A DNA stretch of 64,000 bases from an uncultured Gammaproteobacteria bacterium (GTDB lineage: Bacteria; Pseudomonadota; Gammaproteobacteria; Xanthomonadales; Rhodanobacteraceae): positions 458,222 to 522,221 of the forward strand of contig CAWGPI010000004.1 of the NCBI GenBank assembly GCA_963824525.1. Direction: 5' to 3'. The position numbers and the translations under genes were made by a program. This document shows, piece after piece, positions 29,795-38,174 of the stretch (positions within the stretch are counted from its first letter, which is position 1; every line of letters begins with the position of its first letter). The notes under the pieces are model-generated. The model worked only from the letters and a program-made list of their open reading frames with translations, was not told where the DNA came from and searched no databases.

Positions 29795-31027
29795 TCAGCC
29801 GGGCTTGCCGTCACGACGCGGCGTGAGATAAATCCACGACGAGCGCGCCACCCAGGGCATCAGCACCAGCAGCCACAGCGCGGCCGCCAGCACGTAGTAC
29901 GGCAGGGGACGCGCCGCGCATTCGGCCAGCACCCGAATCACCGCAACGAGCTGCATGCCGATAAACGCCATCCACGGCAGTGCTCCCATCACCAGAGGCC
30001 GGCCGGAATGGCCGTGCGTCACGCGGGTCACCATGGCCACCAGCATCGAGCTGAAGAAGCCGATGGTGAGCGCGTGCAAGGGTGCCAGCGGCCAACCGGC
30101 CGCACCTATCGCCAGAATTCTCAGGCTGTCGACCGTGAACAAGCCGAACGACAGCGGCAACCAGGCCAGCGCGATATAGAGCACCGTCAGCAGCCCCGGT
30201 CCGCGCGCTTTCCACGGTTGCCAGGCCAGCCATTGCCACAACAGCAGCGCCGTCAGCGGCAGGTCGGCCAACCAGCGCCAACCGTGGGCATCGCGCAGGT
30301 CGAAGGCAAGGTGGGCAAGGCTCAGCACCCACACGCCCAGCAGCGACCAGGCCGGGCGAACGACACGATAGCCGGCCAGCACATTGCTCGAAAAGAACGG
30401 CACCATGCGATGCGCCACGGTGAAATACACTGGCACCAGCAAACCGAACGTACCGATGCCGATGGCGATCGGCATGAATGCCGGCGATCCACCCACGGCA
30501 TAAAGCAGGGCTAGCGCAAGCCCAAGTGCACCCAAGACCAAGGCTGCAAAAGCCGATACGGACCACACATCCCGATACCCATGACGATGCAGCCGTGATC
30601 CCAGCGCGAACATCGCTGATAGCCAACCGAACAACATGGCGGCCAGGCCGACGGGCAGGACCATGGGGGCGCCACTTTGCGCGGCGATCACCAGCGCGGC
30701 GCCGCCGAACATGAGAGCAAAGACCGCGGCGTAGATGCGCTTCGGCACGGCGGCGAGATCGAGCCAACGCGGAAACACCGTCAGCAGAAAGCCGAGCACG
30801 AAGGGAGCGAGTGCGGCGTACTGCATCAGCAAGCCATGGGCCCAGCTGACCGGCATGGCATAACGCACGAACGGCCAGCCGCGCCACGAAGCCAGCAGCA
30901 CCCACGTCCACCATGCCATGCTGGCCAAAAGTGCGGTGGCGCCCACAAAGAACATCGCCCGATGCGGAGCCTCGAGCAGCGTCGTCAGTGGCTGGGAAAG
31001 CGGAGGAGCTGGGTTCGTGGATCGCAT
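29795..31027 (-). CDS. nnrS: NnrS family membrane protein
   Basis: APHRAMFF, WAHG, GFLLT, RMVPFF, HALTIG, RVTHGHSGR, ends RRDGKPG. Confidence 0.9.
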   Translation of the reverse strand: MRSTNPAPPLSQPLTTLLEAPHRAMFFVGATALLASMAWWTWVLLASWRGWPFVRYAMPVSWAHGLLMQYAALAPFVLGFLLTVFPRWLDLAAVPKRIYAAVFALMFGGAALVIAAQSGAPMVLPVGLAAMLFGWLSAMFALGSRLHRHGYRDVWSVSAFAALVLGALGLALALLYAVGGSPAFMPIAIGIGTFGLLVPVYFTVAHRMVPFFSSNVLAGYRVVRPAWSLLGVWVLSLAHLAFDLRDAHGWRWLADLPLTALLLWQWLAWQPWKARGPGLLTVLYIALAWLPLSFGLFTVDSLRILAIGAAGWPLAPLHALTIGFFSSMLVAMVTRVTHGHSGRPLVMGALPWMAFIGMQLVAVIRVLAECAARPLPYYVLAAALWLLVLMPWVARSSWIYLTPRRDGKPG

Positions 31028-31100
31028 GGAGAAGGCTGCCTAGGCAAGGGGCGCCAGGAGCGGCACACGATAGTCTGACGATGCCACTCTGCGTTGCGCC

Positions 31101-31114
31101 CTGATCTGAGTCAG
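31101..31114 (-). promoter_or_regulatory. FNR-family box upstream of nnrS
   Basis: CTGAT-CTGA-GTCAG imperfect palindrome; minus-strand CAGACT -10-like hexamer at class II spacing. Confidence 0.55.
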
Positions 31115-31387
31115 AATTTTCTTACCTGGCGCGTGAACGTCGCGACCCCATGAACGGCCCCGGCTGAGGGCCGCTCACTTGGGCATGGCAGACTGCCGCT
31201 GGTCGGCCTGGCGGCCGTGTGCGGCTGGGCGGCATCGGTTCGCGGTGGGCGCCATCGCCGACCTGAGCGGCGACGGGAGACGTGCGCCCGCAGCGCGACA
31301 AAACGGACTATGTAGACCTCACTTTGCCCGCCTGTCATTGATCGAGGCTATGGCCAGCGTGCCGGAACGGACCTTCTCAACGGCCTG

Positions 31388-32629
31388 CTAGAACAATAAA
31401 CCGAAGAGTTGCTTCAGCAATTCTTCCATCGGCATCATGGTCAGCGCCAACGGCACAATGGGCAAGAGCACCGCAACCGCCAGTTGCACTACGGCATCTT
31501 TGGTAATGGGCGCAATGCGCATGCTCCGCACTACCTCATAACTGTTGGCTAGATCGGCAAGCGACTGGATATCTTCACTACCCACCAAAGATTCATCAGC
31601 GGGTGAGCCGCTACGAAGCCACTTGACGTCAAACCCACGAACGTAGCGCTCCGCCAGAGTGCCATACTCATAAAGACCCTCGCGCTTGGCCTTCGCAAGC
31701 TGCGGCGCAAACACCAGCAATGGACCAAAGACCACGGCCAGCAGGAAGATGGCCATTGCCCCGATCTCCATTTTGAATTGCGGCAGTGCAGCCCCGAGGA
31801 AGAATATGTGGTTGGCCAATTGTGCGGCGACGATGACACCGTGCGCGACGAGCAGGATGGCAAAGGCGTAGACGGTTTGGGAAAGAAAGCCCAGTCCGCC
31901 AACCCGGTCGGGGTGTGTGGGAATAAGGCTCAGTTCAATACGTGATACCTGCCATAGAAACCTCGCCCAGATGAACAAGCGAAAGTACCAGCGGATCAGT
32001 AGAAACTGGAAGATGGGTAGGCTGATGTAGCCGTACCATATCCCGGAAAGTGAGAGATTCGAGCCGCCTGAAGATGGTATTGCGTACCAAGTCGCCGTTT
32101 GGAGGGCGGTGTATTGGCGCCAAACGATCAGGACACCGACGCCATACACCAAACCAAGCAATAACACCTCGGCGAGCACCGAGTTGCGCAGGCGATATGC
32201 TGATTTGATGGCCGCGGCGAATTGCGGCTTGGCCGTCTCAGGGATCAAATTGCGTTCGAGGAATGCCTGCCCGATGCGATGCATGCGCTTGTGCACCACA
32301 AGCTCGGAAAGGATTAGGAGAGGCAATGCGACCAGGAAACGAATGTGAACCTCAAGGTCCAGCAGGAACGGCACTGCCACACTGGTTCCCCACAAATGCC
32401 CTTCCAGGGCAGTCAGCACCAGAAGCGGAAGCCAGGCGAACAATGAGATGACAATGACGCGCTGGCGCACCAGCATCAGCGCATCATCGGACAAGTGTGC
32501 TCGACGCAATAGCTGAAAGAGTGGTCCGCCTAGAACGATCGAAAAGTTCTGCGCTTCCGGCAAGTTGTCGTCACCGGACATGGGTGTGCGCGATGTCTTC
32601 TTCGATTCCACGTTTTGACCGCCTTCCAT
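31388..32629 (-). CDS. Uncharacterised multi-pass membrane protein (HPDRVGGLGFL motif)
   Basis: 413 aa with several hydrophobic helices; GGAGG upstream of ATG 32629; visibly more AT-rich than its neighbours. Confidence 0.85.
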   Translation of the reverse strand: MEGGQNVESKKTSRTPMSGDDNLPEAQNFSIVLGGPLFQLLRRAHLSDDALMLVRQRVIVISLFAWLPLLVLTALEGHLWGTSVAVPFLLDLEVHIRFLVALPLLILSELVVHKRMHRIGQAFLERNLIPETAKPQFAAAIKSAYRLRNSVLAEVLLLGLVYGVGVLIVWRQYTALQTATWYAIPSSGGSNLSLSGIWYGYISLPIFQFLLIRWYFRLFIWARFLWQVSRIELSLIPTHPDRVGGLGFLSQTVYAFAILLVAHGVIVAAQLANHIFFLGAALPQFKMEIGAMAIFLLAVVFGPLLVFAPQLAKAKREGLYEYGTLAERYVRGFDVKWLRSGSPADESLVGSEDIQSLADLANSYEVVRSMRIAPITKDAVVQLAVAVLLPIVPLALTMMPMEELLKQLFGLLF

Positions 32630-33117
32630 CTTGTTGCCTCCCCGTTCGTTCCGCTGGGTTACCGTCCGCTCCCTGTCATGGAAAAACGCGCTGCATGTGA
32701 TTAATTGGACTCATGCAGCTATCTCGAATTGGTTGGCCCGGTTACTCCGGCGCGCGGCCCTGGAGTTCGTTCGACGTGAACCTTTTCATGTCTGGCTCCC
32801 AACAGCATTGGTGTCTGACTGCCATCGAGCGGTTCACCGTCCTATCGCGACAGGGGGCGATGGCTGTTACGGCCGCGTCAGCGTTGTTCGCGAATACGCC
32901 AATTGCCGGTTTCCGAGCCCTTGCGTCACCCGTTGGCGCCTCTTGGACTGATGCCGAGCACCCAGGGCGGAGGCGGAAGCAGACAGCGTTCGGTCGAAGG
33001 GTAGAAGCCGGGCTTATTACGGCGTGTGCAGAGGCGATAGCTTCAGCCCTGCCTGATCTGGTTTCGCTTTGCTGGTTGACGGCTTGTTCACGATAGGATC
33101 GCGACCAGGGATTGAAA

Positions 33118-33131
33118 TTGACCAGGATCAA
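33118..33131 (-). promoter_or_regulatory. Near-consensus FNR box with leftward -10
   Basis: TTGAC-CAGG-ATCAA; minus-strand TATCGT at 33095-33090 at class II spacing. Confidence 0.65.
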
Positions 33132-33368
33132 TCCACGAGGTGATCAGCCGCCAGGGAGGAGGCTTGCTAGCGACTTTACCCTGGGAAGAACATCGTGCGG
33201 TGTTGATTTCCGCCGAAAATAGAGCCGGGTTCTTCGTCGAAAAGTAAGCCACCCGTTTGTGCATCGGGCTAGCTCAGGTGATGAGCGCAGCCCTTGTATC
33301 GCGAAGTAGTGGCGCCACCTTTGCGGATGAGCGCAACAGCGCATCCACCGCTTCTCAGGAGAATTCCC

Positions 33369-34163
33369 ATGCATATTGACTTGACCGGCCGGGTGGCCGT
33401 CATAACCGGATCGACGGCTGGCATTGGCCTGGCGATCGCGCAAGGTCTCGCTGCCGCAGGTGCTCATGTCGTCGTGACCGGCCGCACCCAGGCCCGCGTC
33501 GACGAGGCCATCGCCAGCATACGCGCGACCGTCGCCGGCGCCACGCTCACAGGACTGGCCGCCGATCTGGGCACGCCTGATGGCGCACGGCAACTGATGG
33601 CCAAGATTCCCGATGCGGACATCCTGGTCAACAACCTGGGCATCTTCGAGCCGAAGGCGTTCTTTGATATTCCAGACGAGGACTGGTTGCGGTTCTTCGA
33701 AGTGAATGTGCTGAGCGGCGTTCGCCTGTCGCGGCACTACGCACAGGGCATGGCCAGGCGTGGCTGGGGGCGCATCCAGTTCGTATCCAGCGAGTCTGGA
33801 CTGCAGATCCCGGCGGAGATGGTGCATTACGGGATGAGCAAGACGGCGCAACTTGCGGTTTCTCGTGGGCTTGCCGAGTCGCTCGCGGGAACGGGCGTGA
33901 CGGTCAATGCCATTCTCCCGGGGCCAACCCGCTCGGAAGGTGTCGGCGACTTCTTCGGCAAGATTGCGGCCGAGCAGGGCATTTCGCAGGAGCAGGTCGA
34001 GCGCGACTTCATCCAGACGCATCGTCCATCGTCCTTGATCAAGCGGCTGGCGACGGTGGAAGAGGTGGCAAACCTCGCCGTGTATCTTGCCTCGGAACAG
34101 GCGTCGGCGACGACCGGCGCCGCCATGCGTGTTGATGGTGGCGTGGTGCGTTCGATAGCCTGA
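33369..34163 (+). CDS. SDR family oxidoreductase
   Basis: TGSTAGIG, LVNNLG, YGMSK, PGPT, DGG; AGGAG before ATG 33369. Confidence 0.93.
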   Translation: MHIDLTGRVAVITGSTAGIGLAIAQGLAAAGAHVVVTGRTQARVDEAIASIRATVAGATLTGLAADLGTPDGARQLMAKIPDADILVNNLGIFEPKAFFDIPDEDWLRFFEVNVLSGVRLSRHYAQGMARRGWGRIQFVSSESGLQIPAEMVHYGMSKTAQLAVSRGLAESLAGTGVTVNAILPGPTRSEGVGDFFGKIAAEQGISQEQVERDFIQTHRPSSLIKRLATVEEVANLAVYLASEQASATTGAAMRVDGGVVRSIA

Positions 34164-34239
34164 TGTCGTCAGTTCCAGAAAGGAACTGATCAAACGACTC
34201 CGATCGCTTCCGCAAGGCGGCCGGAGTCGTTCGGCCCGT

Positions 34240-35538
34240 CTATTGCGGGCGTTTCATCAGCGCGAAAAGTGGCGTCGTCAATAGGAGGACGATGAGCGCC
34301 CTGCGGTCCAGGAGATCGGATTGACCCACCACCACGCCAACGCAGTACAAGCATGCGATCACGCCGGCGATAAGCAGCACGCGGCTTCTTGAGGCTGGCA
34401 ATTCGATGGTTTGATTGAGGCGCCACATCGAAACCACCGAGTAGATGTAGGGAAGCGCCATCAACACCACGGTCGCGTTGGTGATGATCGAAAACTGCTT
34501 GGCAATGGTGGGGGATGTGGTGAGGGCCAGGAGCGCCGTCATCAACACGCCGGTGATGACGAGATTTTGTGTAGGCATGCCTACTTCGTTGGTCACGGCG
34601 AATCGGCGAACGAACATGCCATCCGCGGCGGCGGCCTGGGCGGACTGGGCAACGAGGAGTATCCAGCCAACGAGCGCGCCGGCTGCCTTCAGGATGGCGG
34701 CCACCGAGATCGTCACGGCTGCCCAGGGGCCCAGCATGAGGCGGGCCGCATCGGCGAAGGGAGCGGCCGAATTCCTGAGTGCGTCATTGGGAAGAATGCC
34801 CATGATCGCCGTGCAGCAGGACACATAGATCGCTGTTGAAATCGCGAGCCCGATGATGGTCGCCAGTGGTACATTGCGATTGGGATTCTCGATGACACCT
34901 GCCGAGACGGCGGCGCTCTCGACGCCTAGGAAAGCCCACAGCGCGATAGACGCGCTTTGGGCTACGGCGGAATGAGTGGGCAAAGAACTCGGATTCCATC
35001 CGGCGCTGAAGACTTCAGGTCGAAACCAATGCCAACCAAGCAAACCGACAAAGGCGATCGGGAGGATGCCGGCGAGCGTGCTGATGGCCGTGAATTCACC
35101 AATCGCCTTCGCACCACGTAAATTGAGCCCGATAAAAAGCCAGATCACGAGGGCCGTACAGCCATTCGCCAACCATGGGCTCTTCAGCATCGGAAAGAAC
35201 ACCGCCAGGTAGCCGGTGACCGAAATCGCGATGGCGACATTGCCGATCACGTTCGCGCCCCAGTAGAGCATATTGGTCTGGAATGCCGCGAACGGACCCA
35301 TATGGTCACGCGCGTAGGCATAAGGTCCACCGGCCTGTGGCGAAACCATGCCCAAATGCGCGAACACAAGGCCAAGCGCGCTGGCGCCGATGGCCGAGAT
35401 GATCCAGCCGAAAATCGAAATGCTGCCGATGTTGGCAAGGCTGGAAGGTAGCAGGAACACGCCCGTGCCGACCATGTTCGCCACGACCAGCGAGGAAGCG
35501 CCAATCAATCCCATCTTCTTCGCCTGTGGTGCCGCCAT
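34240..35538 (-). CDS. APC-family amino acid/amine antiporter (AdiC/CadB-like)
   Basis: NMVGTGVFLLP, GGPYAYA, LYW, WAFLGVESA, NPNRNVP, GALVGW, LPYIY. Confidence 0.9.
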   Translation of the reverse strand: MAAPQAKKMGLIGASSLVVANMVGTGVFLLPSSLANIGSISIFGWIISAIGASALGLVFAHLGMVSPQAGGPYAYARDHMGPFAAFQTNMLYWGANVIGNVAIAISVTGYLAVFFPMLKSPWLANGCTALVIWLFIGLNLRGAKAIGEFTAISTLAGILPIAFVGLLGWHWFRPEVFSAGWNPSSLPTHSAVAQSASIALWAFLGVESAAVSAGVIENPNRNVPLATIIGLAISTAIYVSCCTAIMGILPNDALRNSAAPFADAARLMLGPWAAVTISVAAILKAAGALVGWILLVAQSAQAAAADGMFVRRFAVTNEVGMPTQNLVITGVLMTALLALTTSPTIAKQFSIITNATVVLMALPYIYSVVSMWRLNQTIELPASRSRVLLIAGVIACLYCVGVVVGQSDLLDRRALIVLLLTTPLFALMKRPQ

Positions 35539-35705
35539 GGATACTCCCGATTGCGTTCTCTGTGCGGGTTCCCCGTGATTGAGCTGCAGGCAGTGGATTG
35601 AGAGTCATACCTCCGGCGATGCCAGGCCCGCAGCCTCCCGCGCGACGGCGACCATGCCTGACGTCTCGATCATGGCGAGGTCCTAACCGTGGGAGCAGCG
35701 GCGTT

Positions 35706-38039
35706 TCAACTCTTCTTGTGGGTCTTGCTTCCCTTGGCGGTTGCCGTCTTCTCTACGATCACGCGCACCCACATATCGCCATGCGCATCGGCGTGGACGT
35801 TTTGCACTTCGCGGCCAAAACCGGGGAATCGCCTGCCGTACTCCTCCACTGAGGTCAGGAATTTCACGATTGGTCCGCCCTTGGCATCGACCCGCTCGCC
35901 AGGCATCAAGACGGGAATGCCCGGTGGATACGGCACGATCATCAAGGCGGCCAGGCGGCCCGGTAGATCGTCAATGCGAATTTCCTCGGTGTCGCCGTGG
36001 ACGAGCTTCTGGTAGGCCTCCGACGGCGTCAGCACCTGTTCGGAAAGCACTTCGCCGGCCTCGTTGGCCATCGCCTGCAAGTCGAGATCCGTCATGACCT
36101 TGTGCATCTCGTCGCAAAGCTGCGGTAGCGTGATGCCGCGGTAGCGCTCGGGGTGTGCCTGTACGAGATCGGGCAACGCTTCTTCCAGGCTTGCATCCCG
36201 ATCGTAAAGGCGCTTGAAGGCGAGTAGCGTCTCGAGCAGGGTGCCCCATTTGCCCTGCGTCGTGCCCACCGAGAACAGGACCAGCACGGTATAGTCACCC
36301 GTGCGAGCAATGGCTTGCCTGCGCGCATCCAGAAACTTGCTGAGAATGGCTCCTGGAATGCCACGCTTGGCGAGTCGGCCCTGTGCATCGGTTCCCGGGC
36401 ACACGATGGTGACCTTGGTCGGATCGAGCATGCAAAAATCGTCGGCCACGACATCATTGGGCAGGCCGTGCCAGGTCTCGCCAACCCGAAGCGTCCAGCA
36501 TTTGGGATCGTTCGCCAGGGCATCGGCCGGTGCGGAAGAGAACTCCACGTTCTTACCACCGACCTTGACCGTGTCGGGCTGGAATAACGAAAAGAACCAT
36601 TCGTTATCCTTCTTCAGGCGCTTGGCCACCGACGCCACGGCCTGTCGGAACTCAACGGCATAGCCGATGGTTTCTCGCAGCAGGGCGCTTCCGGTCGGCT
36701 CGTCCATCATCGCCGTGGCGATATCCAGCGATGCAATCAAGGGATAGAACGGCGACGTCGTCCCATGCATCATGAACGCTTCCTTGAGCGGCGACCACGC
36801 CAGCTCACCACGTTTGCTATTGCTGACGTGAATATAGGAAGCCATGGAAAAGGCGGGCAGCATCTTGTGCGTCGACTGCACCGCCAACACCGTCGGACGG
36901 TTCTTCATGTCGTGCGGGATGCCCATCGCATAGCGATGCTTGTAGATCGGGTGAAACTTGCCGTAGGCATACCACGCCTCATCGAAGTGGATCCGAGGCA
37001 CACTGTCCGCGAGCAGCTCGGCCACCTTGTCGACGTTATAGATGATGCCGTCATAGGTCGGGTTGGTGACCACCGCGTAGACCGGCTCCTTGGAGTTGGC
37101 GCCCGCCGTCAGCGGCGACTTGGCGATCAGGGACCGGATATGTTCCTTGGTGAATCGCTTGGGTGGAATGAGGCCGATCATGCCGAGGCCGTTGCGGCTC
37201 GGCTGAAAATACACAGGCCGGGCTCCCGACAGCGTCATGGCGTGATTGAGCGACTTGTGGCAATTGCGATCGGCGATCACCATGTCGTTCGAACCAATCG
37301 CCGCCTGTACGACGATGCGATTGGATGCCGATGACCCGGCGAGCACATAGAGCGTCCAGTCGGCGCCGAATATGCGGGCGGCCATGCGCTGCGAATCCGC
37401 GGGTGGCCCTTCAATGTCCAGCCAGGAGCCAAGCTCGGCGTTGGAGATGCCGATATCCGCACGCATGATGTTTTCGCCGAAGAAACGATGGAACTCGGCG
37501 CCGGCAGGATGCTTGAGGTAGGCGGCGCCTCCCATGTGGCCGGGCGCATCCCATTGGTAGGTGCCTTCTTCGGTCAGCTTCTTCAGCGCCTTGAAATAGG
37601 GCGGAAGCAGATCGGAGTGGTAATTGTCGATGGCGAATTGAATTCGACGCGCAAGGAAATCCGGCGTTTCGCCCACCAGGTTGACGTACTCGCGGACCTC
37701 ACGGATCACGCTGAGTGGAATATCCTGGATAGTCGAGCCTCGGCTAAGCAGGAAGATGGGAATCCTGAGCGATTTCTCTCTCACCGCGCTGATGATCTTG
37801 AGCACCGCACTTTCGCTCATTTCAGCGGTTTCTCCGAGATCCCAGTCGACGGCGACGCAGGAGTAAGTAGCGGAGCCTTTCGCAATGGCGAGCCCATCCT
37901 CGCAGGTGAGTGCTCTCATCACCTCGATGCCGCGGGCCTGGATGGCCTTGCCGATGCGCTCCAGCGCAAGTCGGAAGGCCGAACCTTCATCCGGCGGGTC
38001 GCTCGTTATGTAAAGCAACCAGGGATTGTTCATCGACAT
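35706..38039 (-). CDS. Wing-domain PLP-dependent Lys/Arg/Orn decarboxylase, paralog 2
   Basis: Receiver-like wing; WDAPGHMGG, DRNCHKS, HFDEAWY, QSTHK (PLP lysine), PYPPGIP. Confidence 0.92.
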   Translation of the reverse strand: MSMNNPWLLYITSDPPDEGSAFRLALERIGKAIQARGIEVMRALTCEDGLAIAKGSATYSCVAVDWDLGETAEMSESAVLKIISAVREKSLRIPIFLLSRGSTIQDIPLSVIREVREYVNLVGETPDFLARRIQFAIDNYHSDLLPPYFKALKKLTEEGTYQWDAPGHMGGAAYLKHPAGAEFHRFFGENIMRADIGISNAELGSWLDIEGPPADSQRMAARIFGADWTLYVLAGSSASNRIVVQAAIGSNDMVIADRNCHKSLNHAMTLSGARPVYFQPSRNGLGMIGLIPPKRFTKEHIRSLIAKSPLTAGANSKEPVYAVVTNPTYDGIIYNVDKVAELLADSVPRIHFDEAWYAYGKFHPIYKHRYAMGIPHDMKNRPTVLAVQSTHKMLPAFSMASYIHVSNSKRGELAWSPLKEAFMMHGTTSPFYPLIASLDIATAMMDEPTGSALLRETIGYAVEFRQAVASVAKRLKKDNEWFFSLFQPDTVKVGGKNVEFSSAPADALANDPKCWTLRVGETWHGLPNDVVADDFCMLDPTKVTIVCPGTDAQGRLAKRGIPGAILSKFLDARRQAIARTGDYTVLVLFSVGTTQGKWGTLLETLLAFKRLYDRDASLEEALPDLVQAHPERYRGITLPQLCDEMHKVMTDLDLQAMANEAGEVLSEQVLTPSEAYQKLVHGDTEEIRIDDLPGRLAALMIVPYPPGIPVLMPGERVDAKGGPIVKFLTSVEEYGRRFPGFGREVQNVHADAHGDMWVRVIVEKTATAKGSKTHKKS

Positions 38040-38174
38040 GGTGTCTACCCTCAATTTCGGAAGTTCTGTCGCGTAGCGGCGATGGAGCGGGCTCGCGCGT
38101 TGCTTCGCATGGCCGCCGTGCGACCCAGAGCAAGCTCGGTGACCGATGCTTCTCCTTGTCAGGCATGCATGAGA

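Noticed and set aside
31130-31387. Fragment FAVGAIADLSGDG resembling an MFS transporter tail
   Set aside because: Too short and broken across frames to support without blastx
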